A stretch of 64,000 nt of DNA from Eledone cirrhosa (Eukaryota), in contig OZ024740.1 of NCBI GenBank assembly GCA_964016885.1, positions 253,394,001-253,458,000 on the forward strand. Direction: 5' to 3'. The notes beneath the pieces were generated by a model. That model did not search any database. It had not been told where the DNA came from and saw only the letters and a program-made list of their open reading frames with translations. Both the position numbers and the translations under genes were made by a program. Positions 14,339 through 27,150 of the stretch are shown piece after piece; position 1 is the first letter of the stretch; every line of letters starts with the position of its first letter.

Positions 14339-14689
14339 ATATATATATGTGTATATATATTTATATGTATGTATATATGTATATGCATATATGTGTGTAT
14401 GTATGTCTCTATATTTATGTATGTCTGAGTTGTGTGTGAGTGTGTGGTTGTGTGTATATATACATAGGTATGTGTGTGTATGTGTATATATACGTATATG
14501 TATGTGTGTGTGTGTATATATATGTGTGTGTATATATATGTGTGTATATATATATGTATATATATGTATATATAGATATGTATGTGTATGTAAGTGTGTA
14601 TGTGTGGGTACATATATGTATATATGTGTGTTGTGTGTATGTGTGTATATATATGTGTGTGTGTATGTGTATGTGTGTATATATATATA

Positions 14690-14737
<48 letters not shown>

Positions 14738-14966
14738 TGTATTTATATGTATGACTATATGTTTTACTTGTTTATTTCTTTTAATATATTTCTTTTTATT
14801 TCTAAATTTATAGATACATTTTTATAAATATGCTGAGTCTGACACCCTCTGTAATTACTTACTCCCTTACCTATTTTTAGTTCTGCATCTAGATGTAAGT
14901 GTATGTGGCCGTGTTTATGTGTGCGCCTCAATATCCATATAGTTATAATAATAATATATACGTATG

Positions 14967-14999
<33 letters not shown>

Positions 15000-15349
15000 T
15001 CGTGGGTATGTGTATGTTTGTGTATATATGCATGTGTGTGTATGAATGTATGTATATGTGTGTATATATGAGTGTATATATGTATGTATACGTATGTGTA
15101 TTTTGTCTGTGGATTATAAACATACAGAGACATTAGCCCTGAATTTTTGTATTTACATACACTTTTTTCGACATGCGTATGCATGTGAACATACATTTTT
15201 ATGCATATCTGTGAACGAAGTTACTTGCATATATACACACACCTAACTGTATTTTCTTGATGTATTTTTATGTATTTCATTGGTCTATTTAAAATCTGTT
15301 CCCAAACAGACCTGTAATTTTGAATTGTTGTTATTATCAATAAATATAC

Positions 15350-15502
15350 TTCATTATTTCTGAAGACGGCATATGTATGTGTTGGTATGTATATTCTATT
15401 TGATAGTTTGTATAATTTTGTATAATTTTGTACATAGATCTTTTGAATATGCATGCCAATTCTAACACATATATGTCCTAGAAACGATCGTTAAATAATG
15501 AA
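15350..15502 (+). ncRNA. Type I hammerhead with 114-nt stem II (family A, copy 2)
   Basis: ttcattattt-CTGAAGA-(15367-15480 hairpin)-GAAAC-GATC-GTT-aaataatgaa; perfect 10-bp stem I. Confidence 0.75.
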
Positions 15503-15851
15503 CTTTTTTTGTTTAATATAAGGAACTCTTTCATTGTTTTATTTATTATTTTTTTAATATTTTATCTTGACTCTGTATTCCGTTTATCTTTCACCGAAAG
15601 TGATTTTTGAATGCATCTCTTCTTTCCATGATATCCGGATTTCATTGAGTTCTTCATACGGATTGGACACTACCGTAAACTTTTGGTAGATTTATCTACA
15701 TAATTTGCCTCTATTTTCACGGAAATATTCGTATTTTTGTACTGTATATGTGTGTTAATTTTATATTTATGTATATACATATATATGTATGATTTTATAA
15801 CCCCATATACATTTAGTTGAGCTCTTTCTCTTGTCCATTATCCATATCACA

Positions 15852-18301
15852 ATGGAAAAACAATACTTGGGAACTTCTTTAAAGAATATACCAATACCTT
15901 CTAAGGATGACTTCTTACTCCTTATGATACAGAAAACTAACCAATTTATCAGAAGAGTTAGATGGAGGGCCTACCACTTCGATAAAAAATCTAAATATGC
16001 AGATAGGAAATATATGTATGATTTCACTACTTACAAGAATCCACCACACAACTCTCTACTTGAAGACTTTGAGAAAGACCTTTTTAATTTAATTAAACAC
16101 CTCAAATTTAAGAAGTATAAATCTGTCTTTCAAAAGGACCTTGATTCTACCCTATTGGACCTAAAAAGTCTAAAAAAATCCATGTCCACTCGGACAAAAC
16201 TGGAAACTTGTATCACATGGATATTGAAAATTATAATGAGTTCATATATAAAGAACTCAGGAAAAATTATAGAAAGACTAATAATGCGTCACTCACCAAC
16301 ATCAACAACAAAACACACAACATAGTGAATAAACTAAATATTGAAGATAGAACTGAACCTTTGGCATTGAAAAGACCACACTTCAACCTGAAAGATCATA
16401 AATCAAACTTTAACTCAAATCCTTCTATAAGACTTATATGTCCCTCCAAATCTGATATTGGAATAATTAGCAAAAAAATTTTGGATAGAGTCATCCCACA
16501 AATAAGAAAACATGTTAATTTACCACTCTGGGAAAACACTTCCCAGGTAATTAACTGGTTTAAAAATATTAGATGTAAATCTTCTGCTTCATTTCTACAA
16601 TTTGATATAGATAATTACTATTCTTCTATATCATCTATACTCCTGAACAAAGCTTTGATATTTGCTAAAAATAGATCTAACTTAACTTTGGATGACATTA
16701 ATATTATTACACATGCTAGATTAACACTTATTGAAATTCAGAATGAATACTGGACCAGAAACACATATAGTAATCTATTTGATATTACTATGCGTTCAAG
16801 CGATTCTGCCCAAATTACTGATCTTGTGGGCCTCTTTCTTCTTTTTAACATAAATGCTTCCTTTCCCCACCTTAAAGGTGGTTTATATCGTGATGACTGT
16901 CTTCTTCTTTCCAACAACCTTAGCCTCTCAGAAATAGAAAAAAACAAAAAGCTTATTAGAACTTTCCTTAAAGACTATTATAGTCTTCATATTACTTTTG
17001 AAAACACAAGTAAAGTAGTTAATTTCCTAGATATAACTTTAGACTTAGCTACGGGTATCTACCAACCTTACCATAAACTCAACCAAAACTTACACTACAT
17101 ACACTCACAATCTAATCACCCTAAATCTACCCTTAAAAACCTTGCATATAATATATCACTTAGAATTTCTAACCTTTCGTCTAACCAAGATGTATTTGAT
17201 AAAAATGCGACCTTCTATAACGAAGCTCTAGATAGAAGTGGCAACAAAAATAGATTGGAATATATACCTTCTACTAATAACACTATAAACATACAACCTA
17301 ATATTACCAACAAACACCAAATGAAAAGTACACACCTAAATGCCACTCACACTATACCCCAAAATACCAACATAAAACCAATTTTCTCTAACTCCTCTAA
17401 TATAAAGTATAGTAACTCTCAAAAAACCACTCATCAAACTCTAATAAATGTTAATAATAAAACTCCTAATAAACAAGCTAAAACACCTAAATCAATAAAT
17501 CTAAATAAAAATGTGCGTGGTGAGGTCATTAACATTAATCCTCCTAGTAAACATCACGATGCATCCTATAAAAACAATAAACAACATAGAAACCGTAATA
17601 GACGAGTTACTTGGTATAATGCTCCATTTAATTTACAAATTAAGGATAATATTGCTAAAAAAAATGTTAATATCCTAGAGAAAAACTTCCCGCCAAACCA
17701 CAAATACCATCAAATCTTAAATAGATCAACAGTTAAATTCTCATACTCAACAACCAAAAACATAAAACAAAATATAAGTGCCTATAATGCATATAAATGT
17801 AAAAAAACCATAAGTATACCACCAATACATCAAACTAACCATAATATCTCCTCAAATACAGAATTAACGAAAGGTTGTAACTGTAGAAACAAAGCAAACT
17901 GCCCATTAAAAGGAAATTGTCTTGTTAACAACATAGTTTATAAATGTAAAGTTAAAACTAAAGATTCTATTTGCTCATATATAGGAGCTACTTCTAACAA
18001 TTTTAAGGTAAGGTTTAATACCCACAAACATAGTTTTAAAAATGCCGCACTGGCTAATACAACATCTCTAGCAGAAAAAATTAATAGTTATAGAAATAAG
18101 AATATAGAATATGATATGACCTGGAGTGTGCTCAAAAGAGCCACCCCTTATCAAAATAATAAAAATGAATGTAGATTGTGTTCCCAAGAACTATTTGAAA
18201 TAATGAAATCTAAAGATATCCTATTAAATAAGCGACAGGAATTAATTATATCGTGTAATCATAAACTGAGAAAAACATTTAAATATTATAAACCTAATTA
18301 A
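15852..18301 (+). CDS. PLE reverse transcriptase + GIY-YIG endonuclease (~816 aa if one frameshift at the A7 run 16172-16178 is corrected)
   Basis: SLKNIPIP..FIRRVRWRA, SDKTGNLY (DKT form of the PLE DKG motif), LKDHK..RLICP, QFDIDNYY, GGLYRDD, NFLDITLD, SNHP, CNCR..CPL..C, IVY..YIG, CRLC..E, LLNKRQE..CNH. Confidence 0.9.
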
Positions 18302-19160
18302 TAATATATATTTTAGAAATTAATATATAATTTAATTTAAATGTAGTTAACCTATAATTTTAATTTAATTAAAATTCTACTACAGATGAAATTAAAAAAA
18401 TATTGTGTAATCATAAATTGTGAAAAACTTTAAAATATTATTAACATAATTAATATATACTTTGGAAATTAATTTATAGATTAATTTTAGGTTATTTAAC
18501 CTTTTATTAAAATTCCTTTACAGATGAAATATAACAAAATATCGTGTAATCAATAACAGAGAAATACCTTTTAATATTATAAACCTAATTAATGTACAAT
18601 TTAGAAATTAATTTATAAATTAATTTTAATTTAGTTAACCTATAATTTTAATTTAGTTAGCTTAAAATTAAAATTCTAATACAGATGGATTGCAGAATAT
18701 CATGTAATCATAAACTGAGAAAAACTTTTAAATATATACCTAATTAATATATTCTTTACAAATAAATATATAGATTAATTTTAATTTTAGTTAACCTATA
18801 ATTATATTCTACTATAGATAAAATACAAAATTTGCTTTAATTATTATAAACCTAATTAACATATACTATAGAAATTAATATATAATTTTTAATTTAGGTA
18901 ACCTATAATTAATATTCTACTATCGATGAAATACTTGATTTGGCTTTCCCTATTACAAAATTCATTTCCTAAAATTGATACCATCATGTTAATATTTTTA
19001 ATTTAGTTATGCTATAATTAATACTCTACTACTGTTTAACTTCAAAATTCCGCTTTAAATATTATAAACCTAAGTAGTATACACCTTAGAAATTAATATA
19101 TTAACTATTTTTACTTTAATTAACCTATAATTAATAGTCTACTTATATTAAAATGCCTAA
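18234..19160 (+). repeat. Degenerate tandem array derived from the last codons of the PLE ORF and adjacent 3' UTR
   Basis: tgtaatcataaactgagaaaaac..taaatattataaacctaattaat recurs near 18254, 18406, 18545 and 18703 (~140-160 bp period), with partial units near 18840 and 19055. Confidence 0.8.
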
Positions 19161-19422
19161 TTTTGCCTTCTTTCTTACATTTCCTAATACTGACACTACT
19201 ATGTAAACATATATTATGATTTAAATGCAGATTAATATTCTATGTTCCTTGAAACCTATATTTACTATTTCCCAGTAATAATTTTAATCCCCCTCCCCCC
19301 CTATAATTATTCGTATTTGTAAGCGTGGATGTATGTATGTGTATGTAAGTATGTATGTATGTTTGTGTGTTTGTATGTCAGTATAAAAATACATATATGC
19401 GCATGTAAATAAGTGTGTATGA

Positions 19423-19486
<64 letters not shown>

Positions 19487-19587
19487 GTGTATGTATGTAT
19501 GTGTATGTATATGTATTTGTAGAGATATGTGTATGTATGTGTATATATGTGCATAATTGTCTGACTGTGTGTATTTATTTATTATTT

Positions 19588-19620
<33 letters not shown>

Positions 19621-20244
19621 ATATATATATGTGTATATATATTTATATGTATGTATATATGTATATGTATATATGTGTGTATGTATGTCTCTATATTTAT
19701 GTATGTCTGAGTTGTGTGTGAGTGTGTGGTTGTGTGTATATATACATGGGTATGTGTGTGTATGTGTATATATACGTATATGTATGTGTGTGTGTGTATA
19801 TATATGTGTGTGTATATATATGTGTGTATATATATATGTATATATATGTATATATGAATATGTATGTGTATGTATGTGTGTATGTGTGGGTACATATATG
19901 TATATATGTGTGTTGTGTGTATATGTGTATATATATGTGTGTGTGTATGTGTATGTGTGTATATATATATATATATGTATATGTGTATATATACATATAT
20001 ATATATATATATCGGTGTGTATTTATATGTATGACTATATGTTTTACTTGTTTATTTCTTTTAATATATTTCTTTTTATTTCTAAATTTATAGATACATT
20101 TTTATAAATATGCTGAGTCTGACACCCTTTGTAATTACTTACTCCCTTACCTATTTTTAGTTCTGCATCTAGATGTAAGTGTATGTGGCCGTGTTTATGT
20201 GTGCGCCTCAATATCCATATAGTTATAATAATAATATATACGTA

Positions 20245-20277
<33 letters not shown>

Positions 20278-20620
20278 TCGTGGGTATGTGTATGTTTGTG
20301 TATATATGCGTGTGTGTGTATGAATGTATGCATATGTGTGTATATATGAGTATATATGTATATGTATGTGTATTTTGTCTGTGGATTATAAACATACAGA
20401 GACATTAGCCTTGAATTTTTGTATTTACATACACTTTTTCGACATGCGTATGCATGTGAACATACATTTTTATGCATATCTGTGAACGAATTTACTTGCA
20501 TATATACACACACCTAACTGTATTTTCTTGATGTATTTTTATGTATTTCATTGGTCTATTTAAAATCTCTTTCCAAACAGACCTGTAATTTTGAATTGTT
20601 GTTATTATCAATAAATATAC

Positions 20621-20773
20621 TTCATTATTTCTGAAGACGGCATATGTATGTGTTGGTATGTATATTCTATTTGATAGTTTGTATAATTTTGTATAATTTT
20701 GTACATAGATCTTTTGAATATGCATGCCAATTCTAACACATATATGTCCTAGAAACGATCGTTAAATAATGAA
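20621..20773 (+). ncRNA. Type I hammerhead with 114-nt stem II (family A, copy 3)
   Basis: Same motif as 15350-15502, located 5271 nt downstream. Confidence 0.75.
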
Positions 20774-20833
20774 CTTTTTTTGTTTAATATAAGGAACTGT
20801 TTCATTGTTTTATTCATTATTTTTTTAATATTT

Positions 20834-20867
<34 letters not shown>

Positions 20868-20920
20868 CATATATATTTATAAATAACATAATAATCAAAA
20901 CTATGTTCAAAACATTTTAT

Positions 20921-20967
20921 TGCTGACAATCGTTTCTTCCAAACTTTCGTTTGGAATCATCGGAGCA
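20921..20967 (-). ncRNA. Type I hammerhead motif (family B, CCGAUGA variant)
   Basis: Minus strand: tgct-CCGATGA-ttccaaacgaaagtttggaa-GAAAC-gatt-GTC-agca. Confidence 0.65.
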
Positions 20968-21589
20968 CTAGCAAAGTTTGGACATATAATTAACTTCCTA
21001 TTCAACTGAACAATCATATAACATGGATATTAACGTTGTCATCAACAGTTTCATATTTTCAGAGTGGAATGGATGTGACAGAGATTACTAGAGAATTGTA
21101 TAATAATTAAAGAGGCACAGAATGGAATGGATATGACAGAGATTACAAGGGAATAGTATAATAATTAAAGAGGCATTAAAGTAGAAAGTTACTCGTAAAA
21201 CGAGGACACTAGCAGTACATCTGCAAGCGTATAGAGAGTGCAAATGCGTTAGGCATATACATGACAGCTAGGTAGGAAACAAGCAATGGTACTATGCATA
21301 TATAATTACTGTATGGCAAAGGTATCACATAAAATAACACAGGTTTACAAGCATATCAAGCAGAGTAACTTTCTACCTTAATGCCTCTTTAATTATTATA
21401 CTATTCTCTTGTAATCTGTGTCACATGGATTCCACTCTGTGCCTCTTTAATTATTATACAATTCCCTTGTAATCTCTGTCACATCCATTCCACTCTGTAA
21501 ATATGAAACTGTTGATGACAACGTTAATATCCATGTTATATGATTGTTCAGTTGAATAGGAAATGAATTATATGTCCAAACTTTGCTAG

Positions 21590-21636
21590 TGCTCCGATGA
21601 TTCCAAACGAAAGTTTGGAAGAAACGATTGTCAGTA
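21590..21636 (+). ncRNA. Type I hammerhead motif (family B, CCGAUGA variant)
   Basis: tgct-CCGATGA-ttccaaacgaaagtttggaa-GAAAC-gatt-GTC-agta. Confidence 0.65.
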
Positions 21637-21802
21637 ATAAAATGTTTTGAACATAGTTTTGATTACTGTGTATTTATATTCCTGCTCTGTAAAACATCTG
21701 ATGTATTTACATTGAGGTATTTTCTTACTGGTAATAAAGTAGTAAGGAATTACTGACCTTTCCTGTTTATAGTTGTATATAGTGTATATATAACTATAAT
21801 AT

Positions 21803-21909
21803 AATCCCGTCGAGGTTGACTTTGCCTTTCATCCTTACGGGGTCGATAAAATAAAGTACCAGTAATGCACTGGGTAATTGCTGGCCTTGTGCCTAAAATA
21901 GAAACAATT

Positions 21910-21925
<16 letters not shown>
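21803..21925 (+). mobile_element. 5'-truncated SINE (same family as 52939-53122)
   Basis: gaggttgactttgcctttcatccttacggggtcgataaaataaagtaccag...gaaacaatt followed by an (att)n tail. Confidence 0.8.
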
Positions 21926-22002
<77 letters not shown>

Positions 22003-22449
22003 ATAAATTTGAAGACTAAAATCCAAAGAGGGCTCGATAAGGATAAATATATATCAAATATATAAGAACCGTAGAGCAAATATTTATTAAAATAACAGAT
22101 TAAAGTTTAAGCAAAGAATCGCTGCACAGAACTAATCTCACTCTCTGAGCATGGAGAGCATGTACCAAAAAGAAGAACTGGTCAACATCATCCCTCTCTT
22201 ACAGAAGTGTTGTGACAACAGCTAAGGGGCCATCTCACTCCAAGCGGGCTATCTGCGTGCCTGGACGCCAACCCAGATATTTCCTGTCCCTGCACACACA
22301 TGTATACACTATTACAAAAAAAAAATTAAAATGTATACACAAAAGCACACTCTTATACATCTGAGGATATATAAGAGATGAAAGATTTAAAAATTTAAAA
22401 AGTAAAAAGAAAAAAGTTAAAAGAATTAAAAATTTATACATAAAGGTAT

Positions 22450-25010
22450 ACGTATGCAAACATGATTGGCAGACATGGCATAGGGAAATGTAACAGCAAT
22501 GCTACAGATGTGTGTAGAGTTAGATTTGTTCATTGCAAGCATGATGTTCCAACAAAGGGATAAGTTCAAGACAATATGGATGCACCTTGGGTCAAAAGTG
22601 TGGCATCTGATCAACTATGTTCTTGTGAAGAAATATGACATGCAGGATATCAAGCATGTGCATGTTCTGCATAGCACAGAGTGCTGAACGGACCATCGTC
22701 TGGTGTATGCCAAGGCAAACTTCGTGATCAAACCTCAAACAAGAGCAAATGATGTCAAGATTCCAAAGCGCTTGAATATAGATGAAAGATAAGGGTGTCA
22801 AGGAAGAGCTGCATCACAGGCTTGAAAGCATTGATTGTGCGAACAACTGGAATGACTTCAGGAGCTTGGTTTCAGCAGAGGTTCTTGTTTTTGTCACAAG
22901 AAAACACAAGGACTGGTTTGATGAGAATGACCAGGAGGTCAAAGCTCAGCTCGACAGAAAACAAAAGGCATTCGATACTGTTCTTAAAGGTGGTAGCTCT
23001 GTTACTGACAATTATGAGCATTACAGAAAGGAAAAGGAGGTGCAGGTGAAACTCAGGGCCATGCAAAATAACTGGTGGAGCAACAAAGCAGATGAAGTTC
23101 AAGCAGCATCTAATAGCAACAATGTGAAACTGCTGCACACTTTACTCAGAGAAGTGTATGGCCCTTTCAGCTCACCAGTAGCACCTTTGAGATCGAAAGA
23201 TGGCAAGCAGTTACTTGCACAATCCAAAAGAGATACTTGTCAGATGAAGAGATCACTTTGATGAGCTCTTGAACCAGCCATCCCAGGTTGATGATGATTT
23301 CATTTGCTCCATTCCGATTGAACCAATGGTGGCTGATGTACCTTTTCTTGCAGAGGTGACTTCTGCTGTATATAAGCTGAACTGTGGTAAGTCTCCTGGT
23401 CTGAGTGCAGAGGTTTTGAAGTGCGGTGGTGAAAACTTCAGGCAGTGCCTCATGAAAAAGGTGTGGGAAGATGAAAGTGTTCCACAAGATTGGAAGGATG
23501 TGCTCATGGTGATTCTCCATAAAGGAAAGGATGGGAAAGACAAATGTGGCAATTATGATGGCATATCAATTCTTTCAGTAGTTAGTAAAGTCATGTGTGG
23601 AATTTTTATGAATAGATTGATCCCAAAGGTTGCTCTGAATGTGTTGCTTGAGTCACAGTGTGGGTCCAGAAACAAAAGAGGAACAGTGGATATGATCTTT
23701 TCTGCTCAGCAGCTGCAAGAAAAGTGTATCGAACAATGTATGGACCTTTACCAGGTCTTTGTTGACTTGACAAAAGCCTTTGACACCGTCAATTGAACTG
23801 TGTTGTGGAAAATTTTGTGAAAGCTTGGCTGCCCTCCAAAGTTTGTGAAAATTCTGCAACTTTTTCATGATGACATGAAGGCTTGTGTCAATATTGGTGG
23901 TAGCATCTCTGAACAGTTGAAAATGGGGTGAAGCAGGGGGACATTCCGGCTCCAACTCTGTTTTCCTTATATTTTACGATAGTGTTTCTCGCGGCATTCA
24001 GGAAAAATTGTTTGCATGGAGTTTACATCATGTATCGCACTTCAGGAAGGTTGTTCAGCATCAGGCGCTTTGGTACAAGCACGAAGGTATTAGCATCTAT
24101 AATCCGGGAGTTTTTGTATGCAGATGACTGCGATCTTTTTGCACACTCACAATGTGACATGCAGCATATTATGAACTCTCTTTTTGAAGCTTGCAACGCT
24201 TTGGACCTCACAATAAGCTTGGAAAAGACTGTTTTGATGTACCAGCCAGCACCTGGGAAACAATTCATGCACACTTGATGATGAGATATCCTTAAGAATC
24301 AAGAGAGCCAGTGATGCTTTTGGATGATTCAATGAATGTGAATGGTCTAGACGAGGTATTACTATTGAAACCAAGGTAAAAGTGTACCTGACTTGTGTCG
24401 TCTTCTCTTTCCTTTATGCTTGTGAAACGTGGGTCACATACAGAAAGCACCTCAAGGAACTGGAGAGGTTTCACTAACAATCTCTTCGTAAGATACTTGG
24501 GGTGCGATGGAAAATGTTCATCAGTGATTTGGAAGTTCTCGAATGGAGCAGGAGCATGAGCATAAAGAGCATGGTCTTTCGGCATTGGTTGAGGTGGTGT
24601 GGACACGTGGTCCGGATGTCTGATGATCGTATTCCAAAGCAACTTCTCTATGGTGAACTGTGCGAAGGAAGGCGACCACCACAAGAACAAAAAATGCGGT
24701 ACTGGGACTGTATCAGGGGCACCTTGGCTTGTGCTGGAATTTCATCTGACGAATGGGAGAACATGGCTGAGGAGCGTGTGAAGTGGAGACGTTTGATCAA
24801 GTCAGGAAGTGAACACTTTGAAACTCCTCAAACAGAACACCTAACTCTGAAAAGGGAGATGAGAAAAAGAGACTGTTCTGAACTGCCTGCTGTTGAGCAT
24901 CATCTGGTTTGTCAGCACTGTGATCGAGTCTGTCTGAGCAAAGCTGGTTTGATTAGACATGAACAAAGAAATATCAGTAGACCTCATGTAGATTATGATC
25001 TGAAAAGCGG
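22450..25010 (+). mobile_element. RTE-clade LINE, 5'-truncated and degenerate (APE end, RT, C-terminal zinc finger)
   Basis: WMHLGSKVWHLINYVL, PQDWKD..HKGK, FVDLTKAFDTVN, KQGDIPAP, LYADDC, LRWCGHVVRMSDDRIPKQLLYGEL, CQHCDRVCLSKAGLIRH. Confidence 0.88.
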
Positions 25011-25749
25011 TATAGCAGAGTTACTTGCATGGCATGTATCAATAATCTATCCAGGCGTGATTGGTCCGATAGCCTATGGTGGTGAGTAAGAGTGGGGAAA
25101 ATTGTGAGATAGGTAGCCATCATCACAGAAGATTCGGGGGAAATAAGCAGATACAAGTAGGCATACTTGACAAAGCAAATATGTGAGAATTTCGAAGAAG
25201 GTCAAAGTATATACGTTGTGGAAACAAGCGAATCATAATAACAATGTAAACAACACATTTCGAACTTGGGGAAGAGAGGTACCTGTAGAAAAGAAACAAT
25301 CTATGGATGGCTGGGATGTAAGTTGGAAATCTTTAAAAATCCATGTAGCCGTTCAGGATGCTGTCTGGCTTCGTCAATATCGAAATGAATGAATGAGAGA
25401 GAAAAGGGGAGAGAATGCCGGGATTTAGGGATGAATTCATAGAGAAAGAGAATGTCCAACGTGGTTTATTTCGAAAACAAGGTTGTGGAAACAAGCGAAT
25501 CATATTAATGACAATGTACCCTCATAATATATTACACCACCATTGTATCTGACACCTCTCTACATAAATTGTTTCATTGGCATGTTATTAATATTTACTT
25601 TCCTGCTTTCCTGTATCCCACCTAGTAGCTATGGATGTAAGGACTATTGAGTACTACACTGCTTAGTACATTCCATATATGTAAATTATATAATATTTAA
25701 GGATCCCTAGACTCAATAATTACTGTGGTTTAGTTAAATTATATCTCCT

Positions 25750-26498
25750 CTTGCCGCGCTCTCGACAGCGAGGTTCTCAGCTAGACTGCCGAACCTGACC
25801 TGGCCCCCGAGATAGAACAGGCTCTGGCCTACTGGACAGGCGAAGGCCTCTCTACCTCCGATACGCCGCTCTCAATGACATACTGAGAAGGAGCCTGGAT
25901 GCAGCTGGCTTTCCATCTCAACTGGGGCCAGCAGACCTAGACCGCAAAGATGGCAAGCACCCCGACGGAATCACCCTCTTCCCATTCGAAGGAGGTAGAT
26001 CCCTCATCTGGGACGCCACCTGCTGCGACACGTTCTCCGCCTCCAACTTAGTCGCTTCAGCCACAAACCCCCGCATCGGAGCTCGCCTTGCAGAAGGACG
26101 TAAAATAAACAAATACCGGGGTTTGTCCGGTCGCTTCCTCTTCGCACCGGTCACCGTCGAGACCTCAGGCGTACTTGGACCCCATATTGTCGAGTTCCTC
26201 CGCAAGATGAGAGCGTCGGCGGCCCGTCTGAGGAGGAAGCCACTGTTGTAGCGGGTGTCACTGACCATCACCTGGGGGAATGCTTTTGCCATCTTGTCCG
26301 CGGGATGCAGCACTCCTGGCCTCTTGCCCTAGGCCCAAAGCCTAATCACTCTCCCCTCTCTTCTGTGATACCAGAGCTTTTGCCATCCCCTCCCTTTCTC
26401 ATTCTTTTTCTTCTTTATCTCTTTTTTCTTCTATATTTCCCTATTCTCTGTTTCCTTTTGATTCCCCCTCTTTTCTTACTTTTTCTTACTAAATAAGG
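25750..26498 (+). mobile_element. CRE-like non-LTR retrotransposon 3' fragment (restriction-like endonuclease); resumes at ~32313-32370 after the Gypsy insertion
   Basis: An ATG-less frame from 25859 reads RYAALNDILRRSLDAAGFPS..LDRKDGKHPDGITLFPFEGGRSLIWDATCCDT..AEGRKINKY..PVTVETSGVLG..WGNA, the RH/PD/D/K-KY pattern of CRE RLE domains. Confidence 0.75.
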
Positions 26499-27139
26499 TA
26501 TAACGGAATACTCCTACATATTACCGGCGAAGATTCGAAACCGAATCTGAGCTTTCCTGGGACAAGCCGTGGTTAGTTGTTTTCGCCCGGCAGACCAACC
26601 CCTTGGGAGATACTAACCACAGGTCAGATGATATATCCATCCTTCTAACTTCAACCCTTATAAATACAAGGGTTGTTTATACCCGGCAGAAAAAGTGAGA
26701 CTACAGACAAGACAGGTCGCATTTACAAGCTCTCTTCACGAAAAACGTCTGTCTACTAATTTCTCACACGCCTTTCCCGCCTGGCTGATTGATTACTACT
26801 ACTGCTAAAACAAGAAAATATACTAATACGCACACACGCACACATAGTAAGTTCACATTGTTTACATTTTTACACGCACCATTTCTGTTGTCACATTGTA
26901 TCTTTCAGATACAATACAAATTATATTATAATCGTATTCTGTGATACTTGTATTTACGTGGCTCGAATAATATTTCATGTTATAGATTTTATAATCCAAT
27001 ATTCAAATTGAATATTGTTATAATAAAATAAACATTGTAACAACACAATCCTGGTATTATTCTTTGCATTGAAACCATTATACCAACAATTCCATCTATT
27101 CTCTTATCCGTCCGTTACAACTGGATTATACGTTACAAC

Positions 27140-27150
27140 TGGTGACCCCG
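27140..27150 (+). promoter_or_regulatory. Primer binding site, probably tRNA-Trp
   Basis: TGGTGACCCCG just inside the 5' LTR, complementary to the ..CGGGGTCACCA 3' end of tRNA-Trp. Confidence 0.7.

Larger units (their letters stand above)
20892..21665. mobile_element. Non-coding fold-back element with ~300-bp inverted arms and a hammerhead near each outer end
   Basis: 20892-21194 is the reverse complement of 21363-21665. Each arm has a ~58-bp tandem duplication and a hammerhead motif (20921-20967 minus, 21590-21636 plus). Confidence 0.8.

Noticed and set aside
15852-18301. Selenocysteine recoding as reported for some Naiad elements
   Set aside because: There is no in-frame TGA in the reconstructed ORF; it ends in TAA.
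18234-19160. Repeat array as CRISPR-like
   Set aside because: The units are degenerate tandem duplications without unique spacers, in a eukaryotic TE context with no cas genes.
27112-27150. Duplicated gttacaactgg at the LTR/PBS boundary as a second PBS
   Set aside because: A 19-bp local duplication; only the second copy has the tRNA-complementary sequence.
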